From positions 1,728,001 to 1,792,000 of the forward strand of contig OZ244197.1 in assembly GCA_965216785.1 (NCBI GenBank): a stretch of 64,000 nt of DNA, read 5' to 3'. The notes under the pieces are model-generated. The model worked only from the letters and a program-made list of their open reading frames with translations. It did not search any database and was not told the DNA's origin. Origin of the DNA: Thermodesulfobacteriota bacterium (GTDB lineage: Bacteria; Desulfobacterota_D; UBA1144; Nemesobacterales; UBA2774). The position numbers and the translations under genes were made by a program. Position 1 is the first letter of the stretch. Each line of letters starts with the position of its first letter. This document shows positions 40,841 through 51,223 of this stretch, one piece after another.

Positions 40841-41197
40841 ATTAATATCAACGATATTAAAAAAGTTCCAAAACCCTGGGGACATGAAATATGGTGGGCC
40901 CAGACTGATAATTACGTGGGAAAGATCCTGCATGTTAAGAAAGGGCAGGCGTTAAGCTATCAATATCATGAGGTTAAGGATGAGACTATTTATCTTTACA
41001 GTGGCGAAATTTCCCTGCAGATAGAAGAAGTCGGTAAAGCGAAAGAGGAAATTACTCTTTCTCCCGGTGAGTCTGTAAGAATAAAACCGCTCACTAAGCA
41101 CCGCATGATAGCGAAAGAGGATTGTGATTTATTAGAGGTATCCACACCTGAAGTCGAGGACGTGGTGAGATTGGAAGATAGATACGGCAGAGTATGA
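40841..41197 (+). CDS. Cupin protein (mannose-6-phosphate isomerase type II C-terminal-like)
   Basis: KPWG.E, LSYQYH..KDET, HRM, EVSTPE..DVVRLEDRYGR; start uncertain (ATT 40841 vs GTG 40748). Confidence 0.8.
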   Translation: MNINDIKKVPKPWGHEIWWAQTDNYVGKILHVKKGQALSYQYHEVKDETIYLYSGEISLQIEEVGKAKEEITLSPGESVRIKPLTKHRMIAKEDCDLLEVSTPEVEDVVRLEDRYGRV

Positions 41198-41316
41198 AGA
41201 ATCCTCGAAGCAACTCTCTTACTCTAGCGTTATGTTAATACTTCGCTTAAGAGCTGTCTAACCATTAGGAGAGTTCCAATTACAACTTCAATAGGGTTTT
41301 GAAATCGTGAATAATC

Positions 41317-42825
41317 ATGAACTTGCTTAATTTAAAAACACAGGAGCGCCACTCAAAAGTGGTTTTTTACAATCGTGCCGAGGAGGGTTGGCAATGGGCG
41401 AATACCGCCAACTTATTAATTGATATCTTTTTTATCCTCCTCAGCACTACACTTGTTTTCTATGTGCGGTTTTCGCACGAGCTATATGTCTACGGAGCTG
41501 ACGGGAAATTCGACGGTATTATCAATACCGGAGTATTTTCAATAACTAATTATGATTTATTTTCTAGTTACATAGGGTTTCTTGTTCTATATCTTGCTTT
41601 TATAGTCCTGCTATTTAAGAACTATGAGCTCTATTCCACGAGTTTGGCCAGGTCATGGATAGATGAAGCGCTGTTAGTGTTCAAGAGTGTCTCCATAGCT
41701 ACGCTCATAATGATGGTGGTCATGTATTTGGCAAAGCAGCAGGTTTCCCGTTTCGTTGTTCTTTTTAGCTGGGCAACCAACATACTGTTGCTGGCGGGAT
41801 GGAGATACGTCGGACACACAATGCTTCAAAGGCGTGTAAAAAGTGGCGACGGGTTGAGAAGGGTTCTTATTGTTGGTGCCGGTAGAGTAGGGCGGAAGCT
41901 CGCTGAGATGCTTGAAAACAATAAGCATTTGGGGCTGGAGGTAAAGGGTTTTGTTGATGATTTTAAACTGGGCAAGGGGATTTTAGGCCGGATAAGTGAT
42001 ATGCCGCAGATATTAAGGGGCCAGTTTATTGACGAAGTGTATGTCACAATACTTTCCGAGAGAGAACTTGTTAAAACTGTTACCAAAGAGGCACTTATAC
42101 ATAAAGCCGACGTAAAGGTAATACCGGACCTTCTTGACGGCATCGTCCCACAGAGCCGCCCACTTTCGCTCGGATTCCTCGGCGACTTGCCCGTAATGGA
42201 AATATACCGAAAGCCCATACCGGAACTTGGCCTTTTCATTAAAAGGGCAATAGATCTCGTATGCGGTTTTTTTATGTTTTTGCTCACGCTGCCGGTTCTG
42301 ATAGTTGTTGCCATCATAATTAAAATAGACTCTCCGGACGGCCCTATTATCTATCGCTCCAAACGAGTAGGAAAGAAAGGCGCATTCTTTTATTGCTACA
42401 AATTCCGCACGATGTCTGCGAACGCGGACGATCTTAAGGACAAACTCAGAGAGCTCAATGAGAGAAGCGGTCCTTTTTTCAAGATCACTGATGATCCGCG
42501 TATTACGAGAGTCGGGAGATTTTTAAGAAAGTACAGCCTGGATGAACTGCCCCAGATGTTTAATCTAATTAGCGGGGATATGAGCCTGGTTGGGCCAAGA
42601 CCTCACCCTCTCGATGATTTTGATCTCTATGATCTTGAAGATTATAGGAGACTCGATGTAAAACCGGGGATAACGAGTCTTTGGGCCGTGGAGGCGAGAA
42701 ACGATCCTTCTTTTGAACGGAATATGGAGCTCGATCTGTACTACATTGAGAACTGGAGTATATGGCTTGATATAAGAATTCTTCTTAAAACAGTTCCTAC
42801 GGTGCTAAAAGGTTCCGGCATCTAA
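41317..42825 (+). CDS. Priming polyprenyl glycosylphosphotransferase (WcaJ/WbaP family)
   Basis: TM region, Rossmann-like GAG, KFRTM, DPRITRVG.FLRKYSLDELPQ, MSLVGPRP. Confidence 0.95.
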   Translation: MNLLNLKTQERHSKVVFYNRAEEGWQWANTANLLIDIFFILLSTTLVFYVRFSHELYVYGADGKFDGIINTGVFSITNYDLFSSYIGFLVLYLAFIVLLFKNYELYSTSLARSWIDEALLVFKSVSIATLIMMVVMYLAKQQVSRFVVLFSWATNILLLAGWRYVGHTMLQRRVKSGDGLRRVLIVGAGRVGRKLAEMLENNKHLGLEVKGFVDDFKLGKGILGRISDMPQILRGQFIDEVYVTILSERELVKTVTKEALIHKADVKVIPDLLDGIVPQSRPLSLGFLGDLPVMEIYRKPIPELGLFIKRAIDLVCGFFMFLLTLPVLIVVAIIIKIDSPDGPIIYRSKRVGKKGAFFYCYKFRTMSANADDLKDKLRELNERSGPFFKITDDPRITRVGRFLRKYSLDELPQMFNLISGDMSLVGPRPHPLDDFDLYDLEDYRRLDVKPGITSLWAVEARNDPSFERNMELDLYYIENWSIWLDIRILLKTVPTVLKGSGI

Positions 42826-42890
42826 ACGGCTATTTATTTCACCGCCTGAAAATCTATGTCTATCACAAAAGTTAACTGCTGACAGCTCAA

Positions 42891-44213
42891 ATGCGCAATC
42901 TGCTAAAAAATATCCGTTTCGGCATATCCAGTACTATTGGCAAGAACATTATATCTCTGTATTTGCTGCAAATATCCTACTATGTTCTACCCCTTATTAC
43001 TGTTCCATATCTTGTCCGCGTGTTAGGGCCGGAGAAGTTCGGTCTCGTTGCTTTCGGGCAAAGTCTTATAACATTTTTCGTATTATTTGTTAACTACGGT
43101 TTCGATCTCACGGCGACAAGAGAGATTTCGGTAAAGCGCAAGAGCAATAAAGATGTGAGCGTTATTTCATGCAGTGTGTGGATTGCGAAACTCCTTTTAG
43201 GCTTAATTGGTCTGTCGGTGCTTTTATTGTTGATTCGTTTTGTGCCTAAAATGAATCAGAACTCTGTCCTCTTACTAATTCTATTCGGAATTGCCGTTGG
43301 AAATATGCTGTTCCCCAACTGGCTTTTCCTCGGACTTGAGAGGATGAAGGCTATATCGGTAATTAACATGTCGATGCGCGCGGTAACTACCGCGGGGGTT
43401 TTTATTCTTATTCGAAACCCCGATGATTACTTGATATATGCAGGGCTTCTTTCGTTTCAATGGGTGTTTGCGGGAATATTGGGCATCGTCTTTGCAATCG
43501 TAAGATTAAAAATCCGTATAAGTGTTCCAAAATCCCATGAAGTAACTCAAGTTCTGTCCAAAGGGTGGACACTGTTTTTATCGAACATAGCTCAAAGTAT
43601 TTATTACTCCGGAAATAGCTTCATTTTGGGAATGTTAACAAATTACACGGTAGTTGGATATTACAGCGCGGCTGAAAAAATTACCCTTTCGCTTTTGGGT
43701 TTGTTCAGGCCGGTAGCGCTGGCTGTCTACCCGAGGTTAAGCCGTATAGCTTCTTCTTCCAAAAACACAGTTCTTTTCTGGAGCAGAAGGCTGATATTTG
43801 TAATGGGCGGCTTGGGTTTGGCGGCTTCACTCACAATGTTTTTCGGCGCGCCTTTGATTGTGAAGATAATTTTAGGATCCGGATACGGACCTTCAATAAT
43901 CGTCCTTCAGGTTCTGTCCCTGCTGCCGTTTATTGTGGCCCTGTCAGATGTGTTGAGCATCCAGATCATGCTCCCATTCAGTAAAGACAAATTCTATACC
44001 ATGATTAGAGTGTTTACGGCTTTTTTACACATTTTGCTCGCGTTATTGCTCGTTCCGAGGTTTAATGAAGCGGGTATGGCCGCGACTTTAGTCTCAAGTC
44101 AGGCATTCATACTTATTTCTACTTTTCTATGTTTATCATACTGGAAGCTTAGCCCCCTGCATTACAAAATTGAAGAGAATATTCCCCACAGCCCTGCTAA
44201 CTCAAAAACCTAA
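42891..44213 (+). CDS. wzx: Wzx flippase
   Basis: PLITVPYLVRVLGPE.FG, about 12 TM, VGYYSAAEK. Confidence 0.9.
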   Translation: MRNLLKNIRFGISSTIGKNIISLYLLQISYYVLPLITVPYLVRVLGPEKFGLVAFGQSLITFFVLFVNYGFDLTATREISVKRKSNKDVSVISCSVWIAKLLLGLIGLSVLLLLIRFVPKMNQNSVLLLILFGIAVGNMLFPNWLFLGLERMKAISVINMSMRAVTTAGVFILIRNPDDYLIYAGLLSFQWVFAGILGIVFAIVRLKIRISVPKSHEVTQVLSKGWTLFLSNIAQSIYYSGNSFILGMLTNYTVVGYYSAAEKITLSLLGLFRPVALAVYPRLSRIASSSKNTVLFWSRRLIFVMGGLGLAASLTMFFGAPLIVKIILGSGYGPSIIVLQVLSLLPFIVALSDVLSIQIMLPFSKDKFYTMIRVFTAFLHILLALLLVPRFNEAGMAATLVSSQAFILISTFLCLSYWKLSPLHYKIEENIPHSPANSKT

Positions 44214-44326
44214 TTTTTGACTTGGTTTTGGGGAAAATTAGCATGCGTAAGTGATTGTAATAACAAAAGGTTGTTTTAAAACGCCGGAAAATTAAAAGAT
44301 CAGGGATGATGGTAGGCAGAGGTTAA

Positions 44327-44524
44327 ATGAAAAGAAAAACAATCAGGACAAATGATAGATGTGAAAAATGTGATGGGTTCCTCATATTCGAGGTCAGAGA
44401 TGAATTCCATGATAATAGCAGCAATAAAACCAGGGCCGGCGTATGGAAATGCACCACTTGTGAAACGGCGACTATAGGAATGATTGTCAGGAGCCTGGGA
44501 ATTAGAGCGGCACCTAGAAATTAG
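44327..44524 (+). CDS. Small zinc-ribbon protein
   Basis: CEKC...WKCTTC; SD-like GGCAGAGG. Confidence 0.55.
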   Translation: MKRKTIRTNDRCEKCDGFLIFEVRDEFHDNSSNKTRAGVWKCTTCETATIGMIVRSLGIRAAPRN

Positions 44525-44545
44525 ATTATAGCTTTAATATCGGGG

Positions 44546-44573
44546 CCGGGTTTTTATCTAGACAAAACCCCGG
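44546..44573. terminator. Imperfect GC-closed hairpin inside EPS locus
   Basis: CCGGGTTTTT-ATCTAGAC-AAAACCCCGG; no U-tract on +. Confidence 0.35.
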
Positions 44574-44678
44574 GCAACTAAAATCGGAGAAAATAATATT
44601 GTATAAAAATCTTATCAATAATGATATCGGGAAGATGCATGAATCAGCTCGGGGCGGTAAGGACGGAGTAATACTTCA

Positions 44679-45893
44679 ATGAATAGGCAAAATTTATCAA
44701 ATATAAAAGTCGCGTGGCTTATCCCTTCTATGGCAAGGGGATTTACTTGGCAGCCGCTGCTGAAGGCATTCGCCAGTTTATTTCCGGACTCTATGGTTTT
44801 TACGGGTCTTTGGCCGATAAACCGGTCCACGGAGAACGTTGATTTCAACCTTAATGTTGTCGGAAAAACCAGGTTTTTAACTATAGACAAGGACAGCTCG
44901 AATTACGCCAGAGGAATAATAATGCCTCCGTTAAGGATTATTCTTCATTTATTGAAATACTTCCCGGACGTCATATTGGTATATGGGTTTTCACTATGGA
45001 CAGTAATTGTGGTGCTACTCAAACCGTTTACAAGATGGCGTGTAGTAATCGTATATGAAGGTAGTACCCCAACCGTGGATGCAAAGGAATCGAAGTTTCG
45101 GATCTCCGGGCGTAAACTGATGAGCAGATTCTCAGATGCGTTTATAACAAATTCTCACGCCGGTAAGGACTACCTGGCTCAATTTCTGAAAGCGAAAAGA
45201 GAGCTCGTTTTCGTGCGTCCCTACGGGGTTCCCGATAAAGAATATCTGTCCCTCAAAAAGGTGAATGTAAAGCCTTTAATCAAAGGTGTGAAGCGGCCCA
45301 TATTCCTTTACGCCGGTCTTTTAATTGAGCGTAAGGGTATCAAATTCCTCCTGCGCGCCCTCGCCGTCTTAAAAAGAGAGGGATGCGATAATTTCACGCT
45401 TATGGTTGTCGGGGACGGTCCGCAGCGAGAGGAGCTTGAGGGTATTGTAAGTGAAGAGGGTATGGAAAAACAAGTCAAGTGGATGGGGTGGGTGGATTAC
45501 AATAGCCTCGGATATTATTTTGATTCTTCAGATGTCTTTGTCTTTCCGACGTTTGAGGATACTTGGGGTTTAGTTGTACTTGAGGCAATGAGTTTTGCTA
45601 AGCCTATTGTGTGCTCTGAATTGGCAGGAGCGATGGAAATGGTCAAGAATGAAGAAAATGGTTTCACCTTTAACCCTGCCAATGGCAAACCTGAAGAACT
45701 GTCGGGAATTATTAAAAAATTTATAGATGACCCGAATCTTATAAAACGTATGGGGGAGAAGTCAAAAAAAATGGCATCGTCTCATACCCCTGAAATAGTT
45801 GCGAATGACCTCAAATACATAATAGAGTTTGTTTTAGGCAGGAGGGAAAGGGGTTCAATGGAGTTTAAGGAATATCAACAGGAGCAAACTTGA
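44679..45893 (+). CDS. GT4 glycosyltransferase
   Basis: G.LIERKG, VGDGP, DTWGLVVLEAM. Confidence 0.92.
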   Translation: MNRQNLSNIKVAWLIPSMARGFTWQPLLKAFASLFPDSMVFTGLWPINRSTENVDFNLNVVGKTRFLTIDKDSSNYARGIIMPPLRIILHLLKYFPDVILVYGFSLWTVIVVLLKPFTRWRVVIVYEGSTPTVDAKESKFRISGRKLMSRFSDAFITNSHAGKDYLAQFLKAKRELVFVRPYGVPDKEYLSLKKVNVKPLIKGVKRPIFLYAGLLIERKGIKFLLRALAVLKREGCDNFTLMVVGDGPQREELEGIVSEEGMEKQVKWMGWVDYNSLGYYFDSSDVFVFPTFEDTWGLVVLEAMSFAKPIVCSELAGAMEMVKNEENGFTFNPANGKPEELSGIIKKFIDDPNLIKRMGEKSKKMASSHTPEIVANDLKYIIEFVLGRRERGSMEFKEYQQEQT

Positions 45894-45937
45894 TAACCCC
45901 CGTTGTATAACCAGATTACTTCAAAGCGGTTAACACA

Positions 45938-48478
45938 ATGAACATATATCAGGACGTCGAAAGAATTTTGAGCGATACGGAGTATGCTGTCCTACACGGA
46001 TGGCAATCGCTTCCCGATCACCATGAGTCTGATCTGGATATTGTAATCAATCCAGATCATTTGAACTTGCTGGAAGAATCGCTGGTTGATTTTAAACCGG
46101 CGAAACTCGTGCAGCTGCTTCAGCACGAATCTTCCTGCTTCTATTTTATATTGGCACATAAGAACGGGAACGGAATGGAATTTCTGCAGGTCGACGCTGC
46201 CACGGATTATAGAAGAAACGGGCTTACTTATTTCTCCGCAGAGGAGTTAAACCGCGCAAGAAAGCAATGGAAGGGGTTCTGGGTAACTTCTCCTGAAACG
46301 GAGCTTGCCTATCTACTTGTAAAGAAAACACTTAAGGGCGAAACACCGGGACATCAAAAGAAAAGACTCGAGTATTTAGTTGATAAGCTTGGGGTGCAAA
46401 GATCCACAGCTATATCAACGGAGCTTTTCGGTAAGGAATCGGGACAAAGGGTAATATCCTGGATCTCTAATAGTAACTGGAGCGTTCTTGAGTCAAATGT
46501 GCCCGGATTAAAAAGGTCGCTTATGTTCGAAGCAGTAAAAAAAGACCCGTTAAACCCTCTGACATATTGGCTTGGCGAAGCAAAACGTATTGTAAGAAGA
46601 TGGCTCTATCCAACAGGGTTGTTTATAGCAGTGCTCGGCCCAGACGGGGTGGGGAAGAGTACTTTGATCGAAAGTATCGAAGCACAGCTCTCAGGAGCGT
46701 TTCGCCGCAGCGCGAATTTCCATCTAAGACCGGGACTTATTGGTAGAAACGATCAAGGCGCGCCTGTAACCGACCCTCATGGAAAGCCGCCGCGTTCATT
46801 TTTGGCCTCTATTCTGAAAATCGCTTATTACTTCTGCGATTACGCGCTTGGCTTTGTATTAAAACTTTATCCTAAAATTGTACGATCGACCCTGGTGATA
46901 TTTGACAGGTATTACGACGATTTGCTGGTTGACCCAGCGCGCTATAGGTATGGAGGTCCTTCCTGGCTCGTTAAATTCACGCGTCGTTTTATCCCCAGGC
47001 CAGATTTGTTCTTGATCCTTGACGCTTCCGAAGACGAGCTTCTTAAACGAAAGCAGGAAGTGGGTAAGGATGAGTTAACACGCCAGCGAAAGGCGTATAG
47101 GGATCTTGCGGCTGGGCTTCCAAACGCATTTGTCCTGGATGCAGGTCAAAGCCCTGAAAAACTTGCCGATGACGCTTCGGAAATCGTGTTGGATTATCTG
47201 CACGGACGCTACATGGGGCGCCGGAATTTGTTTTTCAAAAACGATGATACAAACAAGACTCTCGCCTGGTTAAACGCGGCTTTGTCGGCAGATACCGATA
47301 GGTCGTACTTAGCTATATCGGACCTTGAACGAGAAGTTGTGAGGCCAGGTTGGGAAAATTATTATGAATTCAATTACTTGCCAATTAATAACGGCAGGGG
47401 GTATTTACTGCCTGTAAACTCTAAAGCCGCAGCGAACGGCCTTTCGTTATATAACGCACAGAGCTTGAGCGCAAGGGCAGTCAAATCAGCGCTAAAAAAA
47501 CCTTACCTAAGCGCTGTTGGCAACGTATTTATGAAATCCATAAATTTAAAGATAAAAAAGGGTATTAGTTGCGAAGAGAAGAGCGAAGTCCTGTTGTTTG
47601 AGTATTTAAAGGAAGCTCTTGGAGAGAAAAAGCTTGATTTTGCCGTTTCCCTTGGAACCCCGGGGCCCCATAGAAAACCGGTAATTCAATTAACTAACGC
47701 AAATGATACCGTAATTGGCTATGCAAAAGTCGGATGGAACGGGGTTACGAATTCGCTTGTGAAAAATGAAGCCGATACGATAAACGATCTATCGAGGAAC
47801 TCTTTTCACTCTTTATGTATACCTTCTCTACTGCACTCCGGATGGTGGGATAACCGCTACTTGACCATACAATCTTCGCCAAAGGGTAATCTCTCGCCAG
47901 CACCTAAGAGCCTTACTTCACACTATTTGAATGTGGTCGAGGAGTTAGCGGATCTGAACTTAAAATATATGCCTATAAAAGAGAGCGCTTTTTGGACAAG
48001 TCTTTTAGATAACTTAAAAAATGTCAAAGGCGGTTTCTACCTCGGCGTTTTAGAGCGAAAAATTATACCTAAGGTAGATGAGAGCTTCGGCGATACGCCG
48101 CTCCCGTTTCATATGTCTCACGGAGACCTAGCTCCCTGGAATGCATATATCAAAGATGAAATGCTCTATCTCTATGACTGGGAATATTCCCGTCCGGACG
48201 CGCCAGGAGGCTGGGACTTGTTTCATTTTAGTACTCAGAGCAATCTACTTCTCAAAAATAGAAATTCCGGCGAGCTCTGTAAAACAATCATAAACGATGC
48301 TTACAGCAGTTTGACAAAACCATATTGGGATAAGCTTGGAATCAGTAAAAACGCCCTCAGCACGCTTTTCGTTTTATACATCCTAGAAAGGCTTTCAATC
48401 GCCGCTTCTGAGGGGGCGGAGAGCTCTCACGAAATTAGTCAGTTCTCAAAGATGATCAATGTCTTAGTCAATTCCTAA
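45938..48478 (+). CDS. Tri-domain nucleotidyltransferase-like / thymidylate-kinase-like / APH-type phosphotransferase protein
   Basis: SDLDIV near the N-terminus; GPDGVGKST and FDRY centrally; HGDLAPWN and DWE at the C-terminus. Confidence 0.75.
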   Translation: MNIYQDVERILSDTEYAVLHGWQSLPDHHESDLDIVINPDHLNLLEESLVDFKPAKLVQLLQHESSCFYFILAHKNGNGMEFLQVDAATDYRRNGLTYFSAEELNRARKQWKGFWVTSPETELAYLLVKKTLKGETPGHQKKRLEYLVDKLGVQRSTAISTELFGKESGQRVISWISNSNWSVLESNVPGLKRSLMFEAVKKDPLNPLTYWLGEAKRIVRRWLYPTGLFIAVLGPDGVGKSTLIESIEAQLSGAFRRSANFHLRPGLIGRNDQGAPVTDPHGKPPRSFLASILKIAYYFCDYALGFVLKLYPKIVRSTLVIFDRYYDDLLVDPARYRYGGPSWLVKFTRRFIPRPDLFLILDASEDELLKRKQEVGKDELTRQRKAYRDLAAGLPNAFVLDAGQSPEKLADDASEIVLDYLHGRYMGRRNLFFKNDDTNKTLAWLNAALSADTDRSYLAISDLEREVVRPGWENYYEFNYLPINNGRGYLLPVNSKAAANGLSLYNAQSLSARAVKSALKKPYLSAVGNVFMKSINLKIKKGISCEEKSEVLLFEYLKEALGEKKLDFAVSLGTPGPHRKPVIQLTNANDTVIGYAKVGWNGVTNSLVKNEADTINDLSRNSFHSLCIPSLLHSGWWDNRYLTIQSSPKGNLSPAPKSLTSHYLNVVEELADLNLKYMPIKESAFWTSLLDNLKNVKGGFYLGVLERKIIPKVDESFGDTPLPFHMSHGDLAPWNAYIKDEMLYLYDWEYSRPDAPGGWDLFHFSTQSNLLLKNRNSGELCKTIINDAYSSLTKPYWDKLGISKNALSTLFVLYILERLSIAASEGAESSHEISQFSKMINVLVNS

Positions 48479-48492
48479 TCGAGAATATTCTT

Positions 48493-49725
48493 ATGCAGAA
48501 AAAACTCAAAGTGTTGGTATCCGCATATGCGTGTGAGTCCGGAAAGGGTTCTGAGCCCGGAGTAGGATGGAACTGGGTAAAACAAATTGCCCGCTTCCAT
48601 GAAGTTTGGGTGATAACACGCTCAAGCAACCGCGAATCCATAGAGTGTCAACAGAGCGGGGATTCTTCCAATATTCATTGGGTGTATTTTGATTATCCCC
48701 CATGGCTCAGGTCTTGGAAGAGGGGGCAGCGCGGAGTCCATCTGTATTACTACTTGTGGCAGATAGCCGTTTATTTTATGGCGAGGCGGATACATAAAGA
48801 AGTTAAATTCGACATAGTACATCATTTAACCTTCGGAGTTTACTGGCTTCCGAGTTTTCTATCTCTTATCCCAGCGGCTTTTATACACGGCCCGCTCGGT
48901 GGAGCTGAAAGAACGCCTAGGGAGTTTTACAGGAGTTTCAGTTTAAAGGGGAAGATTTATGAATGGCTCAGGGATACTGCAAGGTGGTTTGGCGAGAAAG
49001 ATCCTTTCGTGCTGTTAAGTATCAGGAGGGCAAAACTGGTACTTGCTAAAGTACAGGAAACGGGCGACCGTCTGTCTGTGCTCGGGGCAAAAGAAGTGCT
49101 GGTTTTCCCGGAGTCTGGTATCAGCGTAAAAGAAATTGAAAAACGCGCTGTGATAAAAGAGTCAGAATCCAAGAACTTTAAATTTATTAGTATAGGCCGC
49201 TTACTGCACTGGAAAGGTTTTCATCTGGGACTTTCGGCGTATTCGAGGTTCGTTAAGGAATTTCCTTCAAGCGAGTATTGGTTTATCGGTAACGGTCCGG
49301 AGCGGCAGAATTTGCAACTTTTGGCGGAGAAGCTGGGTGTTTCGGACAAAGTAAAGTTTTTTGATGAATTACCTCACGATCAAGTTTTAGAAACGTTGTA
49401 TGAGTGTGATGTATTAGTACATCCGAGTATCCACGATTCAGGCGGGTGGGTGTGTCTTGAAGCAATGGCTTTCGGAAAACCGGTTTTGTGTCTTGATCTG
49501 GGCGGACCGGCCATGCAGGTAACCGAAGAGACAGGATTTAAGGTTCCCGCGAAAAACCCGGAGCAGTCTGTCGAAGATCTTAGGAGCGCGATGATTCGGC
49601 TTGCCGGAGATTCCGGACTCGGCAGAACAATGGGCGAAGCGGCCCGCGAAAGGGTACTAGAGCATTTTGAATGGGATAAAAAGGGCGAGTGGATAAATAA
49701 AATTTATCAAGAAGCGATGATTTAA
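48493..49725 (+). CDS. GT4 glycosyltransferase
   Basis: SAYAC...GSEPG.GW, GRLLHWKG, DSGGWVCLEAM. Confidence 0.92.
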   Translation: MQKKLKVLVSAYACESGKGSEPGVGWNWVKQIARFHEVWVITRSSNRESIECQQSGDSSNIHWVYFDYPPWLRSWKRGQRGVHLYYYLWQIAVYFMARRIHKEVKFDIVHHLTFGVYWLPSFLSLIPAAFIHGPLGGAERTPREFYRSFSLKGKIYEWLRDTARWFGEKDPFVLLSIRRAKLVLAKVQETGDRLSVLGAKEVLVFPESGISVKEIEKRAVIKESESKNFKFISIGRLLHWKGFHLGLSAYSRFVKEFPSSEYWFIGNGPERQNLQLLAEKLGVSDKVKFFDELPHDQVLETLYECDVLVHPSIHDSGGWVCLEAMAFGKPVLCLDLGGPAMQVTEETGFKVPAKNPEQSVEDLRSAMIRLAGDSGLGRTMGEAARERVLEHFEWDKKGEWINKIYQEAMI

Positions 49726-51219
49726 ATGAATGTAAAAAGAAAACAGACCGATTTCAAGTTCCTCATAGTTGTTCTTGCCGCGGTGTTGCCGATAAGCCTT
49801 TGTATCCTGCTTATATCGAACAGGTTCGATAACTATGTGCTCCTTATCGCCGCTTTGGGATTACCGGCGGGGCTTCTGACATTAAGAGCACTATTTGTCT
49901 CTAGCCTAAGGTTAAAAGTATTAATTTCCCAACTCCGCTGGTGGCATTTGCTCTGGTTTCTAGTCTTATTAAGCGGGCTTGTTTTTCGAATCAGAAATAC
50001 ATATGAAGCTCAAGACAGTCCGGTCGACTTTTGGGCTCTGTTTAGAATGGGGATTATGGGTTTTGTAGGTTTTGTGCTTTTAGTCAGATTAGCGATGAAA
50101 AAAACCAACTGGTTAACTACACTTTTCCAAGGCTCAATAGGTCTTTTGGCAGCATATGCCGTAGTTGCCATAATGTCTACACTGTGGTCGATTTACCCTT
50201 TATGGACATTATATAAATCTGTTGAGTATTTGATTGATGTAGTCCTTATTGCGGCAATAGTAGCCTCGGCCAGATCGATAAAAGATTATAAGATGCTGTT
50301 TGACTGGACTTGGTTTTTGTTAGGTTTACTTGCCGCCAGCGCCTGGCTTGGCATTTTAATATGGCCGGATATCGCAATTCGTCAGGACGTCGGTGTTCTG
50401 GGCGGCCAGCTTGCCGGAGTGATGCCCGCCATGGAAACAAATAAGGTTGGAGAGCTAGGGGCTATATTGGGCATTGTGGCGTTAAACCGGTTTTTATTCA
50501 TGAAAGATCGCAGGTTTTATTTTGTTATTTTCCTGGTAGCAATGGCCACCATGATATTTGCGCAGAGCCGCTCGCCTATAACCGGTTTTCTGGTGGCTTT
50601 GCCATTGATGTTGTTCGCGGCAAGAAGGATCGGGCCGATCGCTCTCACGCTTATGGTGATGTTCTTTTTACTTTTCCTTACAGGTGTTACAGATGTATTT
50701 TGGGAATATTTTCTCAGAGGACAGAGCAGAGAGGAGTTTTCTTCTCTATCCGGAAGGACGTACGGGTGGGTGCTTGGGTGGGAGCTCTTTAAGCTCAATC
50801 CGCTGCTGGGATTCGGCGCGTACGCGGGGGGGAGATTCGCGGTGCTTACCGAGCTTGGTACGAACATGAGCTCGGGGCAGTGGTCTTCTATTCTTAATAC
50901 ATGGCTGGAAATCCTCATAGGCGTTGGGTTGATGGGAATATTCTTCGTCATAGCGGCATTTATTAAAACATGGGCGAATATCATAAAAGGTACTATCTCG
51001 AGCGAGGCGGGTTCTATCTATCATTGTTTAGCCGTAGAAGCGATAGGAGTTCTCGCGCTTATCTCCGTACGCTCGATGTTCACTACAAATATCTTTTGGC
51101 ATCCCCCGTTGATCTTTCTCCTTATAGTCGGGTACGGCGAGTTTTTGTACATGTATTACAGACGGGCAAAAATTAGGCAAAGAAAAGCATCCCACAGCAA
51201 ATCTTTAGCAACCACATGA
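49726..51219 (+). CDS. Wzy polymerase / O-antigen ligase family
   Basis: Multi-TM, QSR, LSGRT..W, NPLLGFG. Confidence 0.82.
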   Translation: MNVKRKQTDFKFLIVVLAAVLPISLCILLISNRFDNYVLLIAALGLPAGLLTLRALFVSSLRLKVLISQLRWWHLLWFLVLLSGLVFRIRNTYEAQDSPVDFWALFRMGIMGFVGFVLLVRLAMKKTNWLTTLFQGSIGLLAAYAVVAIMSTLWSIYPLWTLYKSVEYLIDVVLIAAIVASARSIKDYKMLFDWTWFLLGLLAASAWLGILIWPDIAIRQDVGVLGGQLAGVMPAMETNKVGELGAILGIVALNRFLFMKDRRFYFVIFLVAMATMIFAQSRSPITGFLVALPLMLFAARRIGPIALTLMVMFFLLFLTGVTDVFWEYFLRGQSREEFSSLSGRTYGWVLGWELFKLNPLLGFGAYAGGRFAVLTELGTNMSSGQWSSILNTWLEILIGVGLMGIFFVIAAFIKTWANIIKGTISSEAGSIYHCLAVEAIGVLALISVRSMFTTNIFWHPPLIFLLIVGYGEFLYMYYRRAKIRQRKASHSKSLATT

Positions 51220-51223
51220 TCTC

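Noticed and set aside
46600-47230. Housekeeping thymidylate kinase (tmk)
   Set aside because: Embedded in a larger fusion within an EPS locus; only the P-loop and DRY motifs are clearly shared
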